Part shown: positions 19,140 to 30,200 of the stretch, one piece after another
How positions within the stretch are numbered: the stretch's first letter is position 1
Layout: every line of letters begins with the position of its first letter
IMG/VR virus record: IMGVR_UViG_3300034171_000062
Span: 96,001 to 160,000 of that record
Source of the DNA: a virus
Lineage: Duplodnaviria > Caudoviricetes
Direction: 5' to 3' (one strand)
DNA length: 64,000 nt
The notes under the pieces: generated by a model
Seen by the model: only the letters and a program-made list of their open reading frames with translations
What the model was told of the DNA's origin: nothing
The model's database searches: none
Made by a program: the position numbers and the translations under genes

Positions 19140-19682
19140 ATGTTGAAAGAATTCTATTGCCGACATCGCTATAAACGGTTGCTAGTATTCGACTTCGATC
19201 CGACCATCGGATACCTACAGTTGTTCGAGCGCTACCACCGCTTGTGCCGTATAGTGTCATTTAATAAGGCAGACTACCGCACTCGTATACGGTATTCAGT
19301 CTCCACCAAATGCGATCATTTAGGAGTACTCTTCGATTTATTAACCACCACAAAACAACACATAGAGGCAGGGTCGATTGATCTTGACTCCATTGACGTA
19401 CGTCGCGTAGGACGGGTTAAACGCCCGTTAGACGCTTGGCTGGTCAATGTCGATAAAGTACCTTACAGAGAAGACGAGGCCGCCGCTCAACTGCTCGCGA
19501 TGACGGATATCATCGTACAGTTATTGCAGGCACTAAAAACAAAGAACCCCGCCCTGTACGCGTACTATAATCAAAACATGCAATTTGTCCTCTACGACGT
19601 TGTCGAGGTGTTGGACGCTTTGCTTGCGATGCAACTGTCAGTTAACCGGGTGTTTGATATAAAAAAACCGATAGGTACCTGA
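19140..19682 (+). CDS. Hypothetical protein
   Basis: 180-aa ORF downstream of the promoter motif. Confidence 0.7.
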   Translation: MLKEFYCRHRYKRLLVFDFDPTIGYLQLFERYHRLCRIVSFNKADYRTRIRYSVSTKCDHLGVLFDLLTTTKQHIEAGSIDLDSIDVRRVGRVKRPLDAWLVNVDKVPYREDEAAAQLLAMTDIIVQLLQALKTKNPALYAYYNQNMQFVLYDVVEVLDALLAMQLSVNRVFDIKKPIGT

Positions 19683-19705
19683 CCCTGAACCTTTAGGAGT
19701 TAACG

Positions 19706-20398
19706 ATGTCGGAGGAGATACATGAGATCCTCTCACTGGATGACCGCGGGATATCGAGCGCCAGCGACGCCCCGTCCAAGTTATTCAGAAGCATCCTGTT
19801 CGATCTACAGATCAATCGGATGACGTGGGATCGTTTGATGCGCGATTTCTTAACCAACCCTCGCAGCGGCGTGGACAACACACCTACCAAACGTTCGTCT
19901 GAACGCAGTAACCTGAACCGTGCCTTAGCTCGTGAACGCGTAACTTGGAAGATGTTTCGAAAAGCGTTGCAGGTCATGAACCCCAAAGTCGTTTCCTATG
20001 AGTTGGAGTTGTCGTGGCAGAAAGATTATATCTTTCCGAACAAAACGCCCAATACTCTGAACTACAGTCCCATGGCTCGAGAGAACGAACTGGCTCAGAT
20101 GTTTCGCATGTTACTGCGAGACGTTGGGGTCAGTCCAGAGATCTGGCAGCGGCTGGTTGAACGGTACTTGGATTCCACCAACATCAAACTGCGTGAGAAC
20201 CCACCGGATCGTTCTACCTATCGGGGCAACCTGCGAAAAGCCTTGATCGAAAAACGCGAGTACACGTGGCCGACGTTCTGTAAAGGGCTGGGAATTCTAG
20301 GTGTGAAGGAAGCGACTATGACCGTGGCTTTAGAATGGCCGCGCAAAACCACACGCCACAGTCACCATTTTAAAACCGGAATTGGAACTAAAGAATGA
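19706..20398 (+). CDS. Basic protein with two tandem copies of a helical domain, possibly DNA-binding
   Basis: Internal duplication: FRxxL...WxRL...RS...NLxxAL...TWxxFxKxL...LxW occurs twice. Confidence 0.75.
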   Translation: MSEEIHEILSLDDRGISSASDAPSKLFRSILFDLQINRMTWDRLMRDFLTNPRSGVDNTPTKRSSERSNLNRALARERVTWKMFRKALQVMNPKVVSYELELSWQKDYIFPNKTPNTLNYSPMARENELAQMFRMLLRDVGVSPEIWQRLVERYLDSTNIKLRENPPDRSTYRGNLRKALIEKREYTWPTFCKGLGILGVKEATMTVALEWPRKTTRHSHHFKTGIGTKE

Positions 20399-20853
20399 CT
20401 CAGATAGACCACTTGCAGGATGGGGTCTCGCACATCAACGTGGCCCCCAGCGGGAAGACCGAACTTGGTCGGCTTCTTTATATCGGTGCTCTTCGACCGT
20501 TCGTTGATTCGCAGCATGGCTACTTTGCCAGCGTCGTGGCCTTCTGGGTCTGGTACGACAGCGGTCAAAACGATTCGTTGCGAGAGATCCATCACGACAA
20601 CATGATCCGATCCAGCTTCAGCGGATTACCGGATCGCCCAGGTAACCGAAGCGAAGTCATTGAAGTGCTTCGTCGCAGTATTGACCAAGACGTAAAGGTA
20701 CGAGAGCTGCTCGTATCCTCGACGTTACCGTTCGTGGCGTATGAGACGATAAGTTACGGCCACCGGTCTACCCCCGTTAATTATGAGTTGACGGATCGAC
20801 GTTGGTACGTGGACGCACTTGAGTCTATTCGACAGCAATTGTTGTCAGCGTGA
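20395..20853 (+). CDS. Conserved phage protein, distantly NADAR/T4 gp30.3-like
   Basis: DGVSHINV...GKTELGRLL...PF...GYFASV pattern. Confidence 0.55.
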   Translation: MTQIDHLQDGVSHINVAPSGKTELGRLLYIGALRPFVDSQHGYFASVVAFWVWYDSGQNDSLREIHHDNMIRSSFSGLPDRPGNRSEVIEVLRRSIDQDVKVRELLVSSTLPFVAYETISYGHRSTPVNYELTDRRWYVDALESIRQQLLSA

Positions 20854-20858
20854 GGTCT

Positions 20859-20886
20859 AGGGGAGGCTTCGGCCTCCCTTATGCCG
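20859..20886 (+). terminator. UUCG hairpin followed by TTATGCCG
   Basis: GGGAGGC-TTCG-GCCTCCC-TTATGCCG. Confidence 0.8.
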
Positions 20887-20953
20887 CCGCTATTTTATGA
20901 GACACATTATTTTTTGTCCAACCGCAAGCTGGATGTAATCAACGAGGTGAGCT

Positions 20954-22207
20954 ATGATTCGGGTTAACAGTCAAGGCGCCCGGGCACTGGGTACGGGTAA
21001 GAACGTCAGTGGGGCGGCAAGTACGTTTGTCAGTGAAGGACCGAAAGACAAACTGGCTGCTGTGGACGCGTATCAGGGTCCCTTACCGAGCGACGCGCCG
21101 TACAATCCATCGTCGGGAGAATGTAGAGACTGCACAGCGACTGAAGAAGCGTCCTCAGGCCGCGTTGGTGGCGGTAACGAGAACGTTACTAGCGATGGTA
21201 TCACTTCTAGACTAAATGCCTCTGGTGGCACCTCAGACCGGGTAACGGCGACCCTCTGGGAAGCGTTGCTTTGTGGCAGTTTAGATCCCAACGCCGAATC
21301 GGGTGGTGTCAGACGTTCGCGCATGGGGCGTACTGCGCTTTGGATGCGATCGACTGGCTGTGGGGCGGAAGATCTGGTGGACTTGTTGGCGGTCCGCGGT
21401 GGGCGCGCGGGTATTGATCGAGTCGAATTGAAACGTCGAATGGACGCGGCCTTGGATAACTCCATCGCTGTCTTAGACGAAGAAGAGCGCGACAACCTGA
21501 TCGACATGCTTGCAGAAACCACGGGCAGCGACGCGGACGTAATTCGTGCGTCTATGAACGCGGGCGAGTCGGTAACCGAGATCTCAGGAGACCGCCAAAC
21601 TGAGGTTCGGAGTTTCTCCGAGTTCGTCAGTCAATACACTGGGGTACCAGAACTGATCCAGGTCTTTGACTTGGGGGCCGAGACTGCGATCCTAGATTCT
21701 TTGTTAAGTAAATCTATCGATTTGGGTCTTCCGCAAGCCTGGCAAGCGATCATAGACCAGATCGACGACGATAAGATCAAGACCACACGGGCACTGAGGA
21801 GTTTGCGGCAAGCGGCGATACTCAGCGACCTTACGACGGTGCGCAGCATCGTTGACCGCGCCGGCGCGTCCCGGTCGTTAGCAGAAGTGCCGGAGCTGGT
21901 GCCACTCATCAATCGGTTTTACACTTGGGGGTCGAAAACACCGACCAGCGAGTACGGCAAGAAGCGGGATGAACTGATCTCCACTCTGGACAGCATCAAT
22001 CCGAATTGGGCCAGAAAGCGCCGCGGGGACGATTGGGTCGACGATCTGGAACCGTTCAACAGTGCCAGTGGTCAAGCATTGACTTTGTTAAAGCAGTCGG
22101 ACTACGCCGTGCAAGCAATGATCGCCCAACCTTACCCTAAAAGCAATTACCAAACCGTGGCTCGAAAGTACAACCCGTGGGCCATTGATTTCTCCACAAC
22201 GGCATAA
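20954..22207 (+). CDS. Putative virion/tail-associated protein
   Basis: GAGGT RBS, upstream ATTTTATG late-type motif, convergent with the gp182-like gene. Confidence 0.6.
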   Translation: MIRVNSQGARALGTGKNVSGAASTFVSEGPKDKLAAVDAYQGPLPSDAPYNPSSGECRDCTATEEASSGRVGGGNENVTSDGITSRLNASGGTSDRVTATLWEALLCGSLDPNAESGGVRRSRMGRTALWMRSTGCGAEDLVDLLAVRGGRAGIDRVELKRRMDAALDNSIAVLDEEERDNLIDMLAETTGSDADVIRASMNAGESVTEISGDRQTEVRSFSEFVSQYTGVPELIQVFDLGAETAILDSLLSKSIDLGLPQAWQAIIDQIDDDKIKTTRALRSLRQAAILSDLTTVRSIVDRAGASRSLAEVPELVPLINRFYTWGSKTPTSEYGKKRDELISTLDSINPNWARKRRGDDWVDDLEPFNSASGQALTLLKQSDYAVQAMIAQPYPKSNYQTVARKYNPWAIDFSTTA

Positions 22208-22247
22208 GAGAGAGAGGGGCAGTGCCCCTCTCTCTTACTTTTTTTTT
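22200..22247. terminator. Bidirectional terminator
   Basis: CGGCATA, then a long GA/TC stem around GGGGC-AGT-GCCCC, then a long T-tract. Confidence 0.85.
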
Positions 22248-22256
22248 GCCTTTGGA

Positions 22257-24227
22257 TTATCGAGACGTCTCACGGGCGAATGCACTAATGACCTGACCAG
22301 GCATGGTGTTTGCTGCCCACATGCCATACTTCGCGGGGCTAGTCCAGGACTTCCACTCCGCCATCTTCCTAGTCATCGACAACCTTAACCGTGAGCCTAC
22401 GTACAACTGATCCGACAACGACAAGCTACCCAACACGGCCAAGTAGTCCCCGTAAGCAGTGTCTTCGTCGAAGATTCCAGGCGATGCGTTGAGCGGCATG
22501 TGTAGGATACTGGAGAGATCCATCACACTGAACGTAACGTCGATGCCTAGAGGTTCTTGATTGCGGGTCCAACCGAGGTTACCGACCCCACGAGTGATCT
22601 GCAACGAATCGATGATCCCTAAGCGAACCTGCTGACGACCTTTATCGTAAATCTCCACCAAGAACGGCGAGTCATACGAATGTTTGCCTACCGACTTCGG
22701 TAAGGCACCGGCCAGAATCATACTCAAGGGAACGTATAGATTCATGTACCGAGACATCTTGTTACCGTACGGACTGCGCAGGTGCATGGTGTACGTGGAT
22801 TTAGGTAGTTCGGCACTAGAGTCCTTCCATTCCTGAGGGATGTCGACAAACGCATTGCCCATCAAGGCACCCAATCCACTGATCGACAGAGACTCCGCCG
22901 CCCCCTCGGCAAACGCCTTGGCGGAATTCAATACTCCACCGACCAGATCGCCTACAACACCGCCCCCAAGATTCCCGTTGGCGAAACTAAACCGGGCAGC
23001 ACGGGCGCCGGATGAGACACCGTTCAACTTTCCAGCCAACTGAGATTCACCGGCTGAGTTACTGAACGATTCACCCACGTCGCCTGTGTGGTTGACTCGG
23101 AACGTCGCAAACTGACCACCGTCTCGAATCTCTGCAATGGCAAAGTCAACAAAGCTAGACCACCAGCCACCTTCGGCGTTGTTAGACTCCTCGTCGAATA
23201 CCCCTTTCTCCATCCCAGACTCAGAGTCACCTTTTGGAGGCGTGGCCAGTTCCTGATTCGCCCAATGAGCTAAGTAGGTTTGAATGCCTGGCTGTAGGGA
23301 CTTTCCTGGTACATTGGGAAAGGCGGACCCTGGGGTACTCACCGACTCTTCGGTGTAATCGACCATAGCTTGACGCAATTCTTCTGCTGTCCCGGCCGCC
23401 TCCGCTACGGCAATGGCTCGTTCCCGGGCTCTGTCGGCCAGACGTTGTCCTCGGTTGGCCACGGCGTAGATGTCGATGCCTCCGTCTTCTCGGAAGATGT
23501 CTGGGAGCATGTCGTGATACCGACGAATGTCTTCAGGTCCGTACTCTGGACTGTCGTTGACGATCTCACCGGCGTTGTACACCTTCGCTTTCTCACCGTC
23601 CTTCACTTCGGGTCGTTCGGGATCGGATTGGTTTGCGTTGGTCGCGAACACTCGAGGTATGATGCCCATGTTCACCGCGATGCCGTTGGCGATGGTGTTG
23701 ACGGCGTTCCAATACAGCGGCATCGTCGGTTTCATGTAATAGAACTTGCTGGATGGCTTACGAGCCAAGTACCGATAGATTCGCCCCGCCATCAATAGCG
23801 GCATCATCGGTAAGGTCACGACAAACCCAGCCGTGCGACCTAGGTTGTAGAAGAACCCGGGAGAACGACCCGTGCGAGACAAGATAGACGCACTGGAGTC
23901 GTAGAAGCCGGTGAAGAATGAGGTCAGTGAGTTAAACTGAGGTACGCCGAAGCGCATGTGAATAAGTTGACCGTTGTCGTCGATCATTTCGCTGTACTTA
24001 CGTCCCATACCTTTTGACTGGGCATATTTACCTCGGACTTTAAGGTCCGCGGTGCTGGTAAATTGGGGGGGTGGATTAATGGCAAAGTTGCCACCTAACG
24101 TGGTGTCGGTAAACTTACGTGCCGCGCTGGTTAGCTGACCGCGCTGCGCTGCTAGTAGATCCGCCGCGTGAGTTGGGATCATGAAACTGGTCTTGACCCA
24201 CTGTCGGTCTTCGTTGATCTCTGCCAT
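22257..24227 (-). CDS. Tail/baseplate structural protein (phiKZ gp182-like)
   Basis: FTDTTLGGNFAINPPPQFT N-terminal motif; immediately downstream of the gp181-like gene. Confidence 0.75.
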   Translation of the reverse strand: MAEINEDRQWVKTSFMIPTHAADLLAAQRGQLTSAARKFTDTTLGGNFAINPPPQFTSTADLKVRGKYAQSKGMGRKYSEMIDDNGQLIHMRFGVPQFNSLTSFFTGFYDSSASILSRTGRSPGFFYNLGRTAGFVVTLPMMPLLMAGRIYRYLARKPSSKFYYMKPTMPLYWNAVNTIANGIAVNMGIIPRVFATNANQSDPERPEVKDGEKAKVYNAGEIVNDSPEYGPEDIRRYHDMLPDIFREDGGIDIYAVANRGQRLADRARERAIAVAEAAGTAEELRQAMVDYTEESVSTPGSAFPNVPGKSLQPGIQTYLAHWANQELATPPKGDSESGMEKGVFDEESNNAEGGWWSSFVDFAIAEIRDGGQFATFRVNHTGDVGESFSNSAGESQLAGKLNGVSSGARAARFSFANGNLGGGVVGDLVGGVLNSAKAFAEGAAESLSISGLGALMGNAFVDIPQEWKDSSAELPKSTYTMHLRSPYGNKMSRYMNLYVPLSMILAGALPKSVGKHSYDSPFLVEIYDKGRQQVRLGIIDSLQITRGVGNLGWTRNQEPLGIDVTFSVMDLSSILHMPLNASPGIFDEDTAYGDYLAVLGSLSLSDQLYVGSRLRLSMTRKMAEWKSWTSPAKYGMWAANTMPGQVISAFARETSR

Positions 24228-24279
24228 GCTTTACTCCCGATGGAAAAAAGGCTGTGGGCCCGAAGACCCACAACTTCGC

Positions 24280-27200
24280 TTAATTGCGACGCAACCTGAG
24301 ACCCGCTGGGGGAATCGTTTTCCGGTCTCCGTCACCCCCAGTCCAATTGCTAGAAGAACGGTCGCTGGCCGTGGTTCCTCGACGTTGACGATCTTCTTCG
24401 TCTTCACGCAACTTCGAGAAATACGCGTCTATGTTCTTTAACGATGTATCCATACTGACTTGGGTTGTGTGACTGGCCGACAGAATCGACGCCACTCGTT
24501 GCATCTCAGACACCATCCGTGTGGACGCCGCCGCTGACTGCACTGCCGTTTGACGGGCAACCTTTTCCTGTTTTACTCGTTGCGATTCAACTCGATCCGT
24601 CGCCTCCTGAGCCCCGGGCGTTTGACGCCCTTGTATCACCGCCGCACTTTCCGCTGCCAGACGCTGTTCCTCCGTCGGGATCTCCGACATAGACACAGGT
24701 CCGGTTGACCGATTAATAGCGCCGGATTGGACGCTGTTTATCGCCACAGCACTGCCGTTAGCGGCCAGCAAGGAGGGCCTCTGCGGTGAACGCATGGGTC
24801 GACCATTTAAGGCTTGCTGAGAAGTCACCGACATGACCTTCTGAGTCTGAGATGGGTTTGGACCGGTGCTGACATCGGGCAATATACTTGGGGTTCTCCC
24901 ATTGGATCGCTCAATCTCAGCCTCAGCGGCTTCGTCCATCTGCTGTCCCTTAGTAGCCGGTGGCAACGTCTTCAATGCTTTAGTCAGTTCCATTTCGACT
25001 TTAGCATCGCCTGGCAGGGCGTCCATATCCTCGAATGGGGAAACACTGCCGTACGGCTTTTGATTGCCTTTGAACTGGGTCCGACGAAGGTAGGTGCGCT
25101 TTAACGCATCGTCCATGTCCTCGGTGTCTGTCAGGTCAGACGAGTCGATCATGTCTTTGGCCACAACTGCGTGACTCAGATAGACCGGCTTGAACCTTTC
25201 TTGAAACCAGGTTAACCACCGACTAACCGCAACTTCGTCGTCGGTATCAACGCCAAAGTCATCGATGGCTTCCTCAAGATCAATTCCGCTACCCAAACTG
25301 GCCAGGCGCTTTCCATCGAATTGAACTTGATCGCCCATGGCTTCTTCGAGACCTGATATTTTCCCAACGTGATCCTTGTTGTCGGGGTCCGCGCCGTATT
25401 GGGCTAAGCGCACTCTGTGTAAGGGCCCGTCTGGCTTCCGCGCAAAGTGTTGGTACGCAAAGTACGCACCGACACCTACAGCTGCTACGGCCGCTCCAGC
25501 CAAAAGCACAGGAGCACTAACTATGCCTGCAATGGCAGTCCCCAGCCCAGCCAAAAGGCCTCCAGCAGCACTGGCGGCTGTTCCAGCAGCTGCCGCAATA
25601 CCCGGTATCGCCGCAGCAGCGGTTGGAATCGCAAAACGAGCAGCGGTTCCTAGGCCACGAATGGCCTTACCTCCCATCGACTTGATGCCCTGAAACATCC
25701 GACCCATCCGACCTCTAGGTCTCCGCCGCGGCCGCGGTCCCCGACGCTCACCGCCGCCGATGTCTATATCGGCGCCCACGTCAAGTCCAAGACCTCCTCC
25801 TTCGCCTTCACCGCCGCCCAGACCAAACATCTTCTTCAACATCCCACCCAGACCGCCTCCGGCAGCCGCCAAGGCCCCTTTACCAGCGATGCCACCCGAT
25901 GGGGCAGGTAATGCCTTAGGGGTGTCTCCGTAGAGCTGTGAGCGCCAGCCGCCTTTACGCAATGGTTTCTTTAAGCGGTCGTCGAGCAGGTCACGGATCT
26001 CCTGTAGCAACTGTGTCTGCTTTTTACCGCCGCCACCGCCGCTTTCGCCCTTCTTCCCAACTCCGGGAATCAAACTTGCCGCGCCTTTCAATACCCGTCC
26101 GGTGGCTTTCCAAGTTCCAGTGACGTATTTGGAAACGCCTTTCACGGTTCCAGTGGCCAACCGTCCTGCTCCTTTCAACAGACCTTTAATCGCCCGACCC
26201 CGATTGTCCGTGAGGCCCAACCGCATGTCTTCTAAGGTCAGTACCACGTTCCCTTGGCGATCCACCACGGCACCATCAATGTCTTTAATGGAGCGAATGA
26301 CTTTCCCAGCGGCCTGAGACAGGTACCCGTTGTTCTTCATCACCACGGCCATCAAACGCGGAGTCTGCTCACCCTTTACATACACGTCTCGGGGTTTGTT
26401 CATCCAGTTCTTACCGATGTCAAGGACCTTCTTTGCCCCGCCGAAAGCCAATCGATACGGCGACGTCATGTAACTGGTCAGGCCTCCAACAACGCTGCCC
26501 AACCGATCCATTACAGACTTTCCTTCGCCGTTGACCAGCAGTCCTTCGTCGATGTCGTATTCGCTGATGACCACATCACCGTTACTATCTACGACGGGTC
26601 CTGTGATTTCATCGAGGCGTTGGACCACGTCTCCCGACTCTTGATCGAAGTAACGACCGGCCCTCAGGTCACGAGCCAACATGGCTGGGCGCTTGTGTCC
26701 CTTGATGTAGATGTCCATGATACCATCGCCTTGCTGTCCCTTTCCTTGGAACATCTTCCCAGCGAGGTTACGCAACATCCCCGTTCCACCGGCGGCCAAG
26801 TTTCCAGCCGACTTCCAGATCCCGCCGTAGAAACTCATGATGCCACCCAAACCACTGGCGGCTCCCCGACCCAATCGTTTCAACATCCCAGGATCGTTAC
26901 TGTCCCCTGCCATCTGAGCCAAGGTCAAGTTTTCCAGGGTTTCTTGCAGCTGTTCGGTCTTGCGGTCCATGTGCGTTAAGATTTCCTGGACCAGCCCACG
27001 AGCCCGAGTCCAATAGTCGTCACCACCGCCTGACTCATCCACGTCGCCTGCTGCCCCGCCCGTTGGGGCAGATTCAACCGTAGTGGCCAATCGGTCACGT
27101 ACCCGATCAACGACCTTGCCAAGGAAGTCCTGACTCAGGGTTGACGTCTGCTCTGTCTTGTCGCTGAGTTGAGTCATCATATCAGCGGACCGAGACCGTA

Positions 27201-30200
27201 CTCTCTCTCCAAGGTCTTGCGTGCGTCCTAACATGTCGCTTAGAGTAGATTGGGTTCGATCGCTGAGGTTTCCTGCCCCGGCCTTTAAGGCAGACAACTT
27301 ACCGCCCACCGAACTTTGAACCGACCCTGCGTCGGGTAACTTGCCTTCAAGGTAGGTCACCACATCGCGAACGGCTTGACTGTAGCGTGGGTCGTTGATG
27401 GCTTCTCGTCCTTGTGGGAGAGAAGATCGAACGTCGTCCGATTCAATCCGATTAGATCGAGTCATGCTGTCACCCAGACTTGACAGTCGGTTCGACAGAT
27501 CGTCACCTACCCCTTGACGGCGATCGGACATGCTGCTGACTGAACTGCGGGTACTTTCTGTAAACTGAGTCCCAAGAGTACCGCTGTCGCCTCCGTTGCC
27601 GGTGAATCCATCACCCGAGGCCATCTGAAGACCGAGACTACCTTCTTGTGCTCGGGTTCTCTGAGTCTCCATCCGTTGGCGATACGCCGCCATGGAAGTC
27701 ACGCCGTTTTCTTTTAACTCGGACATGGACTCCCGTAGCGACCCACTCTGATTACGATTCCACCGTGACTTGCGTTGAGTGGACTGTTGATTGAACTGGG
27801 GGATGGGGCGTGCCCACCGAGACTTAGAGAAGTCTTTTGGTGGACCGTCCTGAGGTCCGGAGGGACCGCCTGAAGGTCCGTCTGGACCACCCAAAGCGTT
27901 GCGCAAGAGTTCGTAGATGTCTTTCAACCACTGCCCGTTCAATTCCAAATGTTTCAAGGGATTGATTTTAGCAATGGCGTCTAGGACATTGGCGAACTGT
28001 CGTCTGGGGTCGACGCTTTGTTGAACATCCACAAATCGTTCCAGAATCCCCACAACTCGATCGAGCCCCCCAGAATCAACGCCAGCGTCGCCACCAGTAC
28101 GGTCACGCCCAGCCGACATATCCGATTGAGTCGTATCTGGGCCGAACGCACGACGTGGGTCAGATACTGCATCGGATGACCCTCCTTCCTCTGAAGTCGG
28201 CGATGGTGACTCGCCTGTATTAATGTAGTCCAAAATGTTGGACACGTTAGCGCGGGTTTCACCGGCCCGGTCTTCTTGCTCTATCAGCCCCGCTTCTCGA
28301 AGGGTTCTGGCGCCGTACAACGGCATCAGTTTCCCTATGGTTTCTTGATAACTGGGGATGTCATCTTTCGCAGAGTTGTACACTCTGGCCGAGGCGTTCC
28401 TAGCCGATGTGGCTTTCGTATCGTGCTTGCGGAACTTGCCGTCTTCCCGCAGGAACCGTCCTTTGATCAGATTCCGAATCGCAACCAGGTCTTCTTCGTC
28501 TTCCACTTCGGACAGACCTTGAGGACTGAAGTAACGTTCCGGATCAAACCGGCGGTTCTTTGAGGCGTCGGTCAACAACTGCCGCGTAAACGCCAGTCGT
28601 GCACTTTCAGGCAATTCGTCCTGGGTGTCAAGTTTATCCACAATCGATGTCAGATCGTCCCGGATGCTGGCCATGCGACCCGCGGGCAAAGTCCGCTCAA
28701 CCAACTTCTTTTGCACCTCGGATTGACGCCGAACTTCCCCAGACTCGTAATCGTACACTCGACGATCCAAGGTAGGGTCCTGAGTCCGCATCATCTCAGT
28801 TTCGTGCAAGAGGTCCGTCAACAGCCCTGGGATGATTTCAGTGATGGACTTATCGGCCAGGCTGGTGTAGACCCCTGCTTCTTCCGCTAAGTCACTGGCG
28901 TCCCGACCATAGGTAGCTTCTGGCGATTGACCTGGCATCAAACCCAAGGCCATTTCTGCTAGAGACGCTTTGATTGAATCGCCTACGGTGGAGGTACCGT
29001 CTTCTCGATACTCTCGGTCTTTGAGATTGGTTAACCAGTCTCGGGCCATTTCCGATTTGTTGTCGGAATAGTACTCCAAGTTGTTACCTAACCGAGACAC
29101 GGACTCGTTCTTCCCAAGTCGCATCCCCAACTTCTTGGCCAAGGCCGACATGCCATTCTCGGCAACCAACCCGCCGGCCACATCGCCGCCCAATTCGGCT
29201 CTGTCGATGGGGACGTCGCTCACCATGTCCAACGTATCGCTGGCACCGCGAACGCCCTCAGCGAAGTTTTGAGTCACCCCACTTAACTTATCTTTCAGTT
29301 TCTGCTGGAAGCCACCGGTTTTCTTTTCAACGAACCCACCGATTCGACCCAACGCCCGCTGGCGCAACATCGATGAGGCCGTCTCCGATGTCCGAATCTT
29401 CAAGAAGTCTGGTAAGGCCGAGTTCTTGGTGATCGCATCCAGTTGCTCATCGGTCTGCTTCACGTAACTTTGAAATAAGCTGTAATGATCCCGTGCAACG
29501 AAGAACTGTCTGTATTGAAGTTCTAAAGATTTGCGTTGATAGGATGCCGTGATACGATCCTGGTAATCTACCAGACGTTCCACGCCTGAGCGCATCATGT
29601 TCAACAGATTGGTTTCGGTGCGGTACCGAGCCTCTCCAGTGGCCTCTTGACGGAGCTTGGTTTGTTCCTCCCGTTGGTCTCGGCGATACTGCAAGTCCAA
29701 CTGCGCGCCTAAAATGTTCCGACCGCGAACCTCGCCCTTTAATCGGGCTTCCTGACTCGACCGGTTGCGTTCCGACTGTTCGGTCATGAAGTCGCCGAAG
29801 ACTTCTTGCACGGCGGCGTTCATGGTTAACTTGTCGCGATCGACCTTTTCCAACACATCAGTGCTGGAGTCTTCCGGCTTCGTCAGCTCTTCAAGTTTCT
29901 TTTGAATGGCTTCCGGAAGGATACTTTCCGTTTTACTGGCGACGTATCGCCCAATTTTCTTCAGGTCCCGCTTAACTGGGACGATGTTTTCCTTGGCCGT
30001 ATCGTATAGCTCTTGACCGAGGTCAACCGACGACAGTGCATCCCCATACGCTTTACCGTAACCTTTGGGAAGCGCCCGATCAATCACTTGCCGGCGAGTA
30101 TTGGAATTCAACGCGGTGCGTTTGACGCCCTCGTAAAAACCGCCGGTTATCCGTTCAATTGGTTTTCTGTCTTTACCAGGATTCCCGTCGAGCATCGAAT

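Noticed and set aside
27840-27895. GGACC/GGTCC short repeats
   Set aside because: Explained by the Gly-Pro linker (GPDGPSGGPSGPQDGPP) of the tape-measure-like protein.
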